Source of the DNA: Catajapyx aquilonaris
Taxonomy: Eukaryota
DNA length: 64,000 bases
Assembly: GCA_000934665.2 (NCBI GenBank)
Contig: KZ538454.1
Span: 62,001 to 126,000, forward strand
Direction: 5' to 3'
A program made the translations under genes and the position numbers. Each line of letters starts with the position of its first letter. Within the stretch, counting starts at the first letter, position 1. The notes under the pieces were generated by a model, which was not told the DNA's origin, did not search any database, and was given only the letters and a program-made list of their open reading frames with translations. Below are positions 21,898 to 35,715 of this stretch, in pieces.

Positions 21898-24800
21898 GTA
21901 AGCCTCACCTGTAGTCTTATATCTCGATTTTTGTGTAAGGCCGTCAATCTGTTGTTGGACACCTTGAAAGGTTGGAGGTTGCGTGCTTAGATGGAAGTGA
22001 ATATGGACGAGTCGGCTTTAGGCCCCTGTCAACGTCTCTTCAAACTGCACTCGTAATCCCGAATCAGCGTGTTGCCTGCAACATTCAAAGTAATGCTCGA
22101 TCACTGACACTATCGCCATCACTTAGGTCTCAAGCCTTTGGAAAGATGAAAAAAAAAAAATGTAGGCATTTTTTTTTTTCAATTGGTCAGGCGGTGTCAT
22201 AACACGGAATGCGGCTTTTAATAATTTGGAGGTTAATTTTGGGGTTGTACTATAGAATTTATGAATATTACCAGGGCTATTGCTAAAATTATCCTGCCAA
22301 TATATCCTTCGCTTGACAAAGTGTGTGACAATTAACGTGAAACCAATGTTGGCGCCCATATTATCGGTTATGGTATTCACTAAGTGCTAATATAGTACCC
22401 ATACTATGGCACAAAAGCTTTTCGTATTTTGCCAATTTTGTCGCTTTTGACCGTTAGTTACATTATATCGAAGCGCAAAAAAAATTGTCCATCGTCGATA
22501 ATGCAATGAATCACTAGGACTGTGCAAATTGATGTTACAGTGGAATTACCTTCTAAGGGTAATAGGCTATTTTAGCCACATCCGGCTCAATTTTATTTTA
22601 TATATGTATTATTAGGCAAGGCGATATGAGAGATAAGTGGTTACGCCACTAAGCATATTCGTGGCGTCATGGCCTATATATCGCAGAAGGAAATTATGCC
22701 TCTTGCTATTAGTGAGTTGACGAAGAACGCTACACTGTCCAATAAAGCCATAGGACTAATTATTGCTGTAATTGGCTAATTGAGGCAGCGCTTCGCAGAA
22801 GGCAAGCATGTTAGAGGAAAGGAGGAGGAGGGGGGGGGGGTCTTGTGATAAGCCTCTCTCTTTTTTAAAAAACCAAGCCCTCGACGTAATTGGAGTCGGA
22901 TGACGCAAATTGACCGCAGAGAAATGACGAATCAGTGTCGATTATCTAGGAGGACTATTTATATGGGGGTGTATTTATCCTCAGGTGGAATTGCGTGATT
23001 TATCCAGGAACTGTGTATCCCCTCGGCTTTTCCAGGCCCCCTTTTGATGCGCTTCCTACTTCCACGTCCCCATGCCCTCGGGCCTCCGGGGGTTAATCAC
23101 CCATTCGCACACATACCCCCCCACACACACACACGGTCGAGTATATACACTGAGCAGAAGCCGCCTACTTTACAGTAATTAAAAATAAAAATAAAAACCG
23201 CTTCCAGGGATGCTAACATGGCGTCTGGAGTTTTGACTGACAGCGTCACATGCTGGGCACCACTCAATTTGGAGTACGTTGCGAGGAACGCTATACACTA
23301 CAACAGGACTGTGGAAAAAAAACTATTGGAATTTCTAGGGAGTAGTGTGACTCGTATGGTGTCATTTTTTAAAATAGAGTATGACTGGGAGTTGGGAAAG
23401 TGTTATTTATTGTTTTGCAGCATGCGTGCGGTAGGTGCTGATTCACACTTTTTTGGCCAAGCATGCAAACACGGGAGGGGAACGGTTTATAAATAAAAAA
23501 CATAGAACACTCTCGGGTGATCCTTATCAGGTCAACAATCGCTAAAAATTTTGAAAGGTTTTTTAAAAAAATTTCGGTGAGTCCGCTTGGGGGCGCTATA
23601 ACTATTGACGAGCCATCTTGTGGCGACATACAGTCACCTGGGGAAGCCTTGTAATTCCGGCTCGTGCTCGTATGATCCCAGCCCGTACAGAAACAATCAT
23701 CTCAAGTTTCCTCCCCGGAATCCTCGCTTCTCCAACCTCCCCATCCCCCCACCTCTCCCCACTCCCTATCTCTCCCTCTCTCTTCTCAGTTCACCGTTAT
23801 TTATGAAGACAGAGTAATCATTGACGCTTGGCCTACACAAATTAAGGGCTTCATAGACTAATTATTTACTTATCTGCACTCGCGAAGAGACTTGTCCTGG
23901 AAAGGAAAGGAGGAAGACTGTTGCGGGAGCCGGGGAGGGTGGGAGGGGGAAGGAGAAGGGTTCAAGAAAGGAGATGTTGCGAAAGTGTGAGCTAACTAAG
24001 CGTGAAGGCATAAGATTTGCCTTGTTGTTTTATGCCTTTCTGTTTGTTTATTGCCGAATAGAGGAGGGGGGGGGGGGGGGAAATTGTGCAATTTTTACTT
24101 AATTTGTTTGGTATTCTGAATATTTTTTAAGATACTTTTTACGTAGCCTAATGGTCAGCGTTCATACTGGTCATATGAAAATTTGACACCTGCCTTTGTA
24201 AAACATGGGGGTTTGCCCCCGTGGGTCCCAAACGCATGGGAGCCCGCATGAGCAGTTCATGATTTACGGATGAAGCAAATCCGATTATTAACGCACAACT
24301 CGCTGCCGACAGGTAGAATAGAAAGAATATGGACCAGTGTTTGGTCAGCATCTGTGCTGCAAGCTGAAAATATTTTTAAAAGGGTGCTCCATACATAAAA
24401 AGTAGCACATACTGTACATTGTTGAGGATTGGAATGCAATAATTTGAATGGGCCCTATTTCCTGTTGACCCGTCGGAGCCTCTCTTCATGGCGGATGATT
24501 TGATGATGATGATGTCGGTCGGCGGATGGGCGGGGACGCTTTTCTTCTGACGCGACTTGTGGAGTCACGCAAGTTATGATTATATTGGTGCGTTGGTGAT
24601 GCCAGCTGGCGGAAATGGCTCGTATTTTTCAAGACTGCTTGTTCGACTGGGGGGTAGATTATGTGTAAAAAAGGGCCATCCCACTAGCGACCTTCCCACG
24701 TACTAGACATGGGATGTGTCACGACATTAAATAAACACGCATGAAATAGGCCGATGATGATAAATTCGATTAAATTGATAAATGAGCCACAGGGTGATGT

Positions 24801-27800
24801 TTCCAAATGAGGCTGAATTAGTCAGTCAATCGCCCGCTCCGGATGAATCATCACCCCCACTTTTATATAAGTGGTGGAGGAGCAAACCAATGACGTCACT
24901 GACTGTAACTGCCAGAGCCATGCCGCCAATTAGGAATCGTCGTCTTAAGAGGCCCAAAAGCATCAAGTGAAGGAATCGCGTCGACTTGAAGGCGCCGGCA
25001 ATATAATTTTTTTTAAAAGCGAAAAAAGACATTCGGTGGACGTCCTAGTGTGTCAACACAAGTGATGTAACCGCAATTTTCTGCCACAGTGGACCCGAAG
25101 ACAAATTCGGAGCACTTTTTCAATTTGCCTAATGACATTCATGGAGGCCAACAGTCGTCCATAGAAAATTTCTCGACGATATGGATATATTTATTTTTTT
25201 TGTTGTTATTTGCGCGACATGGGGACAGGGACTACATATGGGAAATGGATGGGCTTGGGGGCTTGTTGTGCGGGGGCAAAAACAGGCCCTGTGCTTGAGT
25301 GGGCTTTGCAATTGAGATGGCTGCGTCCTAACAACTCTGATTTACTTGGGCCCGACGTGTGCTCGCCATGACGCCAATATTTTCTCGGGGGCGACCAGCT
25401 CAGATGGGCTCAAGTACGCGGACCTACATGCAAATCAATGCGCGCCTCGACAGCACGCCCAGTCGCCCATTATGTACTTGTGGTGGCCCCCACAAAGACT
25501 ACGCCTCCAGACCATCCTGTCGATGTCACGCGACAAATCTCGGGGACATCCGCGTCATCCAATTGGCTAGAATTTTCAGTGATTGGATCGGGGGCAGGGC
25601 GCATTCCTGCGGATGTGTACCGGCCTGATGATGATATCCAACATGGAAAAGGATGTGAATCGAACTCAAGGTCTTTTTTCAGTGGGTGGGAGGAGTAATG
25701 ATAATAATATGTGTGTGTGTATGTAGTCATCTTCTTGGTTGCATATATGGCGACTGGGTTCTAAAAATATGGTCACGTGACAGTGACTCTCAATGGGGTT
25801 AATAAGCAACAAAGGCCACGTTTGATTATTAGCCGGCGTTTTTAGTGTTATTTCCGGCCGTTTGAGGCGTGGACCAATTGGAGGGATTCTAGTATGATCT
25901 AGGTTCCCACGACCCCTCCTTTTGCTTCTCTTTTCAACTGCCTCATATTGCCTTCATTAGGTGCTCATGTGTATGGCCACACACACTCAACATTTGCAGA
26001 CACAATTTTCACTTGCTCATGCATACCAAGCTAATCAAATAGGGCAGCGGGCAAAGCTGCTCACTGAGAGCACTGGCAATGTACAACTCCACATAATTAT
26101 GTATTATTTACCGTTATGCTCCGCGCCTAATAAGCTTTTTGTTCTGGTGGGCAAAAGTTGTATGTACCTGATGCCGTCATTGTTAGTCCCTTTATACCTG
26201 TCTCTTGCCGCATAATAGGAGCAACCCCCGCCTTTGTATTGAATAGGAGGGAGCCATTAAATTGTTTATCATTGCTGTCACAAAGGCTGGGGGGGTCACA
26301 TGGCAAAGGAGAACACTGGCCCCTGGAAGGCCGCAAAGTGTCAGCCAGGTCAAGTGTATAGGTTATCTAGCACCCAGGATATTGAATACATACTATGTAA
26401 GTCCTTCCCTATTCAACGCCTAGTCATTACTTCCGCTTGTCCGGCTCTTTTTAGACTCCAAATTGCCTGTATAGAGAGGGCCCTGATTGCAGACAATTCA
26501 AAGGGTCCAATCCATATTGCGCCTCACACGTATCAAAGATCGTTTGCGCCAAAATTGATCATCCTCTCTGACAATGCGGACTTTGAAGTCTAGCCTGATT
26601 CAAGAACCAATAAATTCCAGATATTAGAACCCTATTGATTCATCGTGCAACTTTCATCATATCCTGCTGCTGCTGTTTCTCCTCGTTTCATATTAGTGCA
26701 TGGAATGCAATTCAGCCAGCTAGTACTATAACTATAGACCCAATCTCCCACTCACTCGAACCCTCTCGTCAAGCAAAGTTCCATAATAATTAATAACAAA
26801 GAATCTAGACTATTACAAAATGATATCATTGAGACGAATTGAAATTTTCTTGCTAATTTGGGCACATTTTCTTTCTAAAAATTAATAAAGATTTGAATTA
26901 ATCATATGCATATCCCGCGAGTTTGAGATCAATTATTTTTGCAGTCAGTTCCTTCAATGGTGTCATGATCAGCGATCATGCAAGCTCGTAATAATGATAA
27001 GCACCGAGTCAAGAATCTGAATGGATAAGAGGCAGGAATCCATAGAGTGCAGAGTTAATGAGCAGTGATTTTGAAAGGAGAGGAAGAGCTGCCTTTTTTT
27101 ATCCTAACCATGTCGAGAAAGTGCACTCTTCAAGTGGGCCATAATGTTTTTGGGGAGTTTTATATCAACGCAGGCATATACAGGGTTGGGTGTATATACA
27201 CATGGAAAAAGGGGGGGTTCTGGCCTCCCACCAAAAAATGAGAGAAAAGAAAGACGAAGGCGGCTGATCCACAGATTCTGGTCCACCGAGCTGGCCCTTT
27301 TGCCTGTTTCCGACACTTCAGAAATCGGTGGCGTTTGATCCAGAGCTGATGAGTAGCAGCTCCCGTTCTCTGTGGCCACAAGATCAAAGTCGGCTTTGAT
27401 GTGAGCACTTAAAACGACATGCTAGTTAAAAAGCATCCCCCCCTACTCCCTCCGCCTGCTGATTACAATTTGAACCGAAAAAAACGCGATCATAAAAATC
27501 GCCGCGCATTGAGGATCACAGACGTGTGAGTGATCGGTGGGTCTTTTTCGCCCACTTTTCCTACCAAGAGAGTTTTTTTGGATGGTATGAATCGGGCTTC
27601 TTCATGCAAACCCTTTTCTTTTTACCGACCCATCCAGAAGAGTGAAGAGCTCCAGCTTTTGAAGGAACACTTGTGTCTTTTCCCTGGTTTTACAGCAAGT
27701 CGATCCCCATTTTTTTTAGGAGCGTACATTTATCTAGATATCTACCAAGCCTACGCCCCAGTTTCCCTTTTGGAGAGATTGATAATAAGCTGTATGTAAA

Positions 27801-30800
27801 CCAAAACCTCGGCTGGCCCACTTCAAAGATGTAATGTAATCGTATCGAGCAACCCGTCTGCTAACCCCTTCCCCTCCTAAAAGATCCCTCTAGCAGACCA
27901 AACTCCGTCACTCATTTCACCTTTACCAGCAGGGCATGGGGCTTCAATCCATCAAAGCCTCGTGTTGCTTGCAGAAAAGTGGGAAATGGAACAAAAATTT
28001 CCGCAGCGACGGTTCTCCCAAAAAGTGCGTTTTTTATATATTTCCAACCAACTTTGTTGCATCTCCAAACTCTACATTGAGGAACTTGCTTTTGATCGTG
28101 GTAAACTTTATTTAATACCTATGGCCACCCTAGGTTGCCATGTTGGACCACTTTTACATACGATATATGTATTCTCACGATGGTGATTGTTACCCTTTCA
28201 CCGCCGCGCCGTGTCCGTCCTCAGCGGACTGAGAATTTTTGTTGCAAAATATCTATAAATCATAAATATGTGCAGTTTTCAGCAGTCCTTTACACCTGAG
28301 GGAGTTGAGGATAAATAAAGGAGGTTACACACTCTTTGATCAGGAATTTATATGGCATGTGGCATGCTTTTGACAGCAGATACAAATATGCCCAGTTTCC
28401 GCATTACACAGTTATCGTCACTATAATTATGCGAAGAGTAGTTCCTTTCGTGCTGAATAATTTTTACGGGATCCTAACCCCCCCCCCCCCCTCCTCCAAG
28501 TCTTAAAGTGGGAGGAATGCACGCCTTTTTCCGCAGCCAACCAGCAGAAGGATTAAATAAGCTTAATAATTCCAATTAAGAATGTGGGAGTCGTAGAATG
28601 AGGTCGCTTAAATAGAAGGATGTGGCAGCCAGCCTTGGATCGAATACTTCTTTGGACACACCTAAAAAAACCGGGCCTATAAATCGTCACCGGTCAATGG
28701 GTTGATCGGTCAATCGGTCACGACTGAAACCGGTGTGTGGGAGGGGTCAAAGGTTGAGGATCAGGTGTGATCGTAAGCAAGCCTGTGGGGCGGTGGTTTA
28801 AGCATTTCCTCCATAACGGTCGAGTCATTCGAGACAAAGGTGGCTTCGCACAGGAAATCAAGTGCGTGCATAGGAATCGGTTTCAAACACGAAGGCTTAG
28901 AAAAAGGGTTGAGGTTCGGTTGGTTCTGGCGCCGGATGGTGCTGGTTATCGTAGGAAATCGGGATCTAGTCTTTTCCCGTCCGAAATCCTTTTCTTGACC
29001 GGACATATATGCATGCGTCACCTGCTCATTTTATTGCTACTAATTGATAAGAAAATAATAGGCAACTCGGGGAGGACAGGAAATCATTTATTGTGTACCT
29101 CCTTCCTTTTCGTGCGCCAAAGAGGCTTGGATTGCGAAATAATTTGGCGGATGGCCATCCACTAACTCACTTTTGATGATGTTCCACTTACTTCCACAAA
29201 TTAGTCCTAACTGACAACCAAAGGGACGCCTAGTAGCTCTACATGACGCTCTAATTGCTACGTCAAAGCATACAGGTCATTATTACACACTATATGAATT
29301 ACGCATGTTTGCTGGGGTATTGTTGTGTCACTGACTTTTGTGCCGGTGTCAATCTTGCCTCGTGTGATATGAATAATAGAGTCATATCTGCTGGTGCCCC
29401 ACTCTGTATATGTGTGAGCACATTTTCTCTCACAAGTTAGCTGATGAGAGAAGCTGTTCGATCCATATACAGCGTGACGGTCCGTGACAGGTCAATCTGA
29501 ACAATGTAAATCGGTATACGTGCTGACAAATTGGATGCAACACTTTTTGAGTAAAAGTGTGTGGTAATATTATTTATACGTCACAATTTCCTCCTGTGTA
29601 TTCCCATTCTATTTGGATGGGGTCTTCCGGGTGGGATAATCTGGAAGATAAACGGGGCTCCTTTTCAGTTCCAAAGGAAATTTCCACACTGTTCTTGATT
29701 GACGTGAGTTCCTCTTCCTGCCTCATCATTGTCTGCACCTGAAAACGCAAAGAAAACCTTCAATACAAATTAATTGCACGGATTGCTATTGTCCTTGTTT
29801 TCCTCCTCCCTCCACGAAAAAAATGCTTTTTTTCCCCCCGGTTTTCTCAAAGAGAACCCGTGAGAAAGTGCCAACTTGCTTAATTGTTAGTTTCCTGAAA
29901 AAAAAAATCAGGGTATGCCAATTAAGGTAGGTGGTGGTTGACTTTTTAACTGGAGTGTACTGGCGATAAGTACGTTATTTAAAGAGTCCAATTGGATCAG
30001 GCCCTGGACGATTGTACATTAACCATTGACCTAGGGCTGCTTTCATCTCGATCAATTGATTTACACCCGAGCGGAGCAGCATTGTCAACCATGAACAAAC
30101 TACGCGGTTACGTCCTGCAAAGGGAATTACACCTGATCGCTCGAATTTTGCGGCCGCGGATTCAGCGGGTGACATGTTGATCATTTTTGTTGATTAAGCA
30201 CCCTAATTGGCAAGTTTTGATTGATTTAAAGTGGGGGTCGAATTTTTTTGTTGCGGGTTTTTTTGAAGTCGTTTGACCTCACTGGTGGTCGTGTGTGGCA
30301 GCTTGGAATACTATATAACACGATTCGTGTTTTTTAAGCAGAATGGTTCAAAGGTCGATAACACCTAAGGTTGAATATTTCCTGGTGTGTACCGTAATAC
30401 TTATGGGTGTATATTTATAAGTTGCATGAGTACTGTTCATGTAATACAATGCTTTAGTTGCGTATCTTGAAAACAATAGGGGCCACTTATGCAAATGAGT
30501 TGAAACCGAGGGAATATGCGGCTGGAAGAATGGTATGTTGAGGTAGGCTGTGCAGGTTGCTTGCAACATAATGATGTCGAAACACTATTGGATCAAGACG
30601 CCATTTTAAAAAATGGAAGTATTTGCTGTAGTGTAACCATTTTTACCATAGTGTACACCAAGCGGTTTTGGTTATGCCTGAATATGGTACAGCGTTAATT
30701 AGTGCTGACTGTACAGTACGTAGTCCATTGAAACGTCAGACGCAAATACTGTATTGTTTATGTAACCTGCTAAGCACTTACGGCTGAAAATTTAGATCGC

Positions 30801-31641
30801 CAATGATAATAGCATTAATAATTGTTACTCCCCGTTGTAAACTGGTCGGAATGGCGTCATACGTCATAAACCAAGTCTGATGACGTAATTCTAACACCAT
30901 TTCTCCGGGTAATAAGTATTGACGCACAAATGAACGGTACCATGTCCCCCACAAGCTTGGTGTCGAGTCAACCCAGGTATCCTCCGAAGTTTGGACGATA
31001 CAGTAGTAAATTAGCATCGTCTGAGTCGTCGTGGGAATGCCGGTCGCTTTCTAGAGCAGCATCCCACCATTTCCAAGTATTGGGAAGGCTGGATGAAGTG
31101 AGTTGGCGGTGCCTGCTCATTGCCTCACAAATTGGGAGGCCAGCTCGCCTGGGAATCACAATAGGGCCAAGCAACGTCCTCGCCTTTCCGTGCAGCCGAG
31201 CCCAATCCCTCCGCACGGGATAATTGCCGGTGTTCCCTAATTAATTACAGCCTTTCCTAACATGCATAAAGTTGTAATGTAACATCGTTTGTCTTGTGTC
31301 ACACGGTAGCCCGTGGTTTCCATGTTTGCACAGTAAAGTTGCGCTCTCCCAAATCCTCCTAAGCATCCTGATCACAACACCTTGAGTTTGGCACCACTGC
31401 CAGTAAAGCAGCAATAGAACGTGTGATTGAGAGAGTTGGCCGGATCTCCCTCGATAGGCATCTTCTGTAGAATTCCTTCCCTGGAAAAGCACAGTTGGTG
31501 CAACGGCTGCTTCCTTTCATTAATGAAGGGGACGTGAAGTGGGTTCCTCACGCGAGATGATGATGCCTGCTGTTTGTTGCAACTTCCGCGTCAACACTCT
31601 GATGTTACGTCACAAGTCACGACGACATTCCAAATTGGCAT

Positions 31642-31709
31642 AGGTGCTTGATATTTTTTTTTTAAAGGAGGTACGTTTCGTACCTCCTTAAAAAAAATAT
31701 CAAGCACCT
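31642..31709. repeat. Near-perfect 68-bp hairpin with a 3-nt loop
   Basis: aggtgcttgata(T10)aaaggaggtacg-ttt-cgtacctcctt(A8)tatcaagcacct; the arms differ only in homopolymer lengths. Confidence 0.85.
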
Positions 31710-34317
31710 GTTTGCACGTCCGTGATTGGCACGCTTTGTGAGCTTTGCGTGTCCCTCTAGGTCTCTTACACAACAATGGCTGAACAGATTGGCAGCTTTC
31801 TATCGAATCTCCCTCCCCTTTTTAGGGGTATAATTAGACCACAACCGATTCCAATTATTGTGTAATTACCTCCGGGTCTTGTACACCCTCCTATATGTCT
31901 TCTTTTTATCGCTTGAACTACCTCATACACGTGGATGGTGAGGGCAATGATTTCAATCATATTTGCAGATTAGGGCTACATTATTTCCGTGTGTTGGATC
32001 GGAAGCATGCAGTGGAGCAAAAGAGTTGGAATAAGCCAAGCCTGGAAAGAGCTGCGAGAGAGCTTTTTAGGTGGTGGTTGGGGGGGGGGGGGGNNNNNNN
32101 NNNNGGGGGGGGGGGGTGCTCCCCGGAAATAATAAATAGATTGCCGGATGCAAAAGTTGGGCGGATGGATCCCCCCGGATCCTCCGGGGAGCGACGGTAG
32201 TAGGAAGACGGCCTGGGTAATTGCATCACGGACTCTTTTTAATTTTTTAAGAAATCGTAATGAGTTGATGCAGGAGGATTCTTTGATCCCGCCTAATTTC
32301 AATGGCGGTGCGATAACTCGGGCAGGGCCACAAGTGCAAGAGGAAGCCACTTTGCAACTCTTTGCCAATATATTTTAACGAATATTTTTATAGGGGAGGA
32401 GGCTCTTTGGGAAAAAATAACTCTTTAGGCTCCAATTAGAAAAGGCCCGGGGCTTCCATCATTTTGCCATCAGACTCTACCATCATATAAAGTGGACCCC
32501 CCAAAAACTCTCTTTCCCGCTCTTTTTTTTAATGATTTATTAAACAGAAGAGAACGAGCCAGGTAGCAGAGATGCATCCTGGGTAATTAGACCAGCAAGC
32601 TCCTAATGGCTCCAAATGGATTGACTGGGGATCGGGCTCGGTTCCAGCATGGGTTGGGCTTTACTCGTATGGATGTAACCTACCTACTTTGGGCTTTGGA
32701 AACCCACGGGTAGAGTAATTGCATAGCCATATGCTGGGGGTAATGCAATAACATGGTACAGGGAAGAAACGGCCCAAGGCACTAGCAGCACGCTTGTTCC
32801 TTCCTTTTTAGAACCATTTTGTTTGGGTGAACAGGTCCAACTGGTTAATTTGTAGGCGGGTTTGTAAAGGTGGCTGCCAGACAAGGCGATGGGAAACCTA
32901 GATAAACACCTTCTTCCTTATTGACCCTATTTCAATTAGGGATGCTCCTGGCCACTGATTTGTCAACTCGAATTTTCTCGTGTTGTTTTTTGTGTGTAAA
33001 ATAGGTTCAGAAAGTTGTAAATGGCGTTTGCTGGAGCAACTAATTCGATCCGGGATCTTAGCCAACACGAGCATCATCAATGGAACAGATCTTATCTGGA
33101 AGCCTAATGGAGGCCAAATCTCTTCCCTGCGCCTCCGTTTTCCCTCCACCCCTTATGACAATTTCCCATCGATCCCTATCGCCTGGATCACATTTCTGTG
33201 CCAGGCCATTAGATGCTCCCAAGAGGATTTTGCTCCCCCAGCTTCTTCCAAGAGCAGCATCCCCATTCGGCCCTTTTATTGCTTCTAATAGCCTATGGCT
33301 CGAAGTCTGGGACATTTGTTTGCACCTTGCCAAACAGGTTTGAAGGCTTCGGCATTTGTTTCAAGACCCCCCCACTTCCCCCCCCCCCCCCCCNNCCCCC
33401 CCCCCCCCCTTCAGTCCAGTATAGGTTTCCAACCTTGGAACAGACAAAAACCGGTTAGAATTATCCGAATTTCTTAATTGATTATTGTGTGAATCACATT
33501 ATCCATTATATGGCGTCACTCCCTGCATCATAATTATCTTCCAAGCCGCATTCTTGCCAATAAGCACGTGAAAGGCAAAGAGTGTATAAGGGTCTTGGAG
33601 TCTGACATGTGAACGTGTGTGACTTGTGCTAAGTCGCCTTTCGGGCTGGCTCACAGCATTCCAAAGACCAAGCTCAATCAGTCTTTTAGCAAGAGAAGGG
33701 AAATTGTGACTTTATTTATATGTCCTCTACACCTGTCGTAAATTTGTCTACACGGAACTCCACTTTAGGTAATGCTATTGAGCTTCGATAAAAACCGGCC
33801 GCCAGCATATTGGTCCTTTTAGAAAGCCCGATTTTTCTGGCCAACTTGTGCGCACATACACATGTATGCGTGATCAGCACACGCTGCCAACTCGGAGCCC
33901 ACCCAACCATAGCTGTCTGTGGATTAGTCAAAAAAAACTGGAAGAAAAAACATTAGGGGAGGCATAGACAATATTATCCTGGCGAAGACGGCAACCCGCA
34001 TGACTTGCATGTATAGCTGGGCGGTATAGGGTTTTGACGGACTCGTCGAATCCCGTAGAATCGAATAGTCGATGGGACGGCGACGGCGCCAATGGAACGG
34101 ATCCTCCCACGAAGTTTGGCTTGCCGAAGCTGCGCCAATACCCAATCGGGGGGGTTGGTAAAGGGGTGGCGGCTCCCAAAAACGGCTTCTTCCAGCTCGA
34201 TATCAGAAGGAAGTGGGAGGGCAGAAAGGTAAGGACTCCCGGATGATACCCCCCCACAAACTGTTCGATCCAATATTGCCTATAACACCAGCCAACTCGC
34301 TCGCGAAATCCGATCAA

Positions 34318-34680
34318 GGTGGAGCCACTTACGAATTTATTGGCTGGAAAATTGACGCAACATGTAATCACTGGATGGAAAATTGACACTACTTGTAAAT
34401 ATAGATTCAGAAAATTAATATTTGTTGAAAAATTGACACTACTTGGAAATATAAGAAGGTTCGAAGGTCCGGAAATATTTGTTAGAAAATGTATGAATCT
34501 CGTAAATATTGTGACGCTCCTCACTATAGGGCAGTTGCATCTGGGACCGGGTCTTGTTAGTCGTGAAACGGCCTGACTGCAGGCCGGTCTCAATAAATGG
34601 GAATATTTCCTTTAAAATCACCAGATGGAGCCACTTGCAAATATTGGTTGGAAAATGGACAGAAGGTGTCGACACTTTGG
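34318..34680. repeat. Degenerate minisatellite-like repeat
   Basis: aaaattgacactacttg(t/g)aaatata at 34379 and 34429 (period 50); ggagccactt...attgg.tggaaaat.gac at 34321 and 34627. Confidence 0.6.
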
Positions 34681-35432
34681 AGGGGTGCAAAAATTAGAAG
34701 AGGGGTGCTTTTCTCGGCTTGTATATGGAAAATGACGAAACGAAATGCGACATTTCCCCCCCAGTCGTCCCCCTTTTACCTGCCCCCCCCCCCTTCCCCC
34801 TCCCCCAAAAAAGTGTGCAGTTGTGCGAGTGGGATTGGAGCGCAACGTTCCTTCACCCCATCGCAACAGATGGCCATCAATCTCGTCGTGGATGAAATTG
34901 TTGTATCGCTGCCTCGTCGGATCCGTCTAATTAGTGCCGCTCTGTTGTGGAAATGGGGATGGGGTGGTATAGTGGGTGGGAAAGGGACCAGAGGGGGGGA
35001 GAGATCTAACTTGGCGACCGTGTCAAGCAGGGGACATTTTTGGAATAATTTGCATGTCGGTACGGGTGTGGTTTTTTTTGGCACTAGTATGTTTTTTTCG
35101 GTCTGCAGATGTGGCAGTGATGCGCGTGTTATTAGTAGGCCTTGCATCTCAGGTATTCCTCGGAAAGTACGCGCATCCCCCCCATCTATCCGCATGTTGT
35201 GAAAGGAAGGGGGATTCCCCGTGGGGAGTTGAGCCGGCGAAAGCCAATAAAGGGGCATCTTGGGCTGAAATGATGCGGAGGCCATCAGGAGTAGTGGGCG
35301 CAGGCAGTCAATTGCGGTTCGCCGCCGCTAATCCTGCCAATACCCCAAAATGTAAGGCGCACATAACGACCAACCGCCTTCCTTTCCCGGGGGCAATTCC
35401 CCCATCTTCTTTAATGGAGCCTAGGTATAGCA

Positions 35433-35461
35433 GAAGAAGAAGAAGAAGAAGAAGACGAAGA
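35433..35461. repeat. (AGA)n microsatellite
   Basis: gaagaagaagaagaagaagaagacgaaga. Confidence 0.85.
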
Positions 35462-35715
35462 CCTTTTCCTTCCTCCCCCACCCTATCACCAACATACCCT
35501 ATTACCTACCGTATACTACATTGTTGTTTAGACTTTCGATCAGCCAAGGGGCTTTATGAGACCGGAGGATGCCCGCGGAAGGTTATTTCAGGAGGTCGAT
35601 CCTTGCTTCTTCCGGGTCTACTGACTCTTACTATATTTCAACCTGATAAAACCTAGATTCGTATTGTTGGACAGTGAGAATGTGACTAACAATTAATTTT
35701 TACAAATTGCTTCGC

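Noticed and set aside
29574..29756. Strong minus-strand acceptor (ttttctttgcgttttcAG at 29740-39) followed by 54 open codons
   Set aside because: No recognisable protein and no partner exons; isolated acceptors occur by chance in 64 kb.
32080..32117. Poly-G/C runs containing N (also about 33378-33409, 45316-45334 and 63847-63881) as G-quadruplex elements
   Set aside because: Run lengths are unreliable at these assembly ambiguities, and such homopolymers are common throughout the window.
33928..35656. Several long overlapping ORFs (200-226 aa) in the ORF track
   Set aside because: Low-complexity translations run through homopolymers and microsatellites on both strands, with no domain similarity or splice support.
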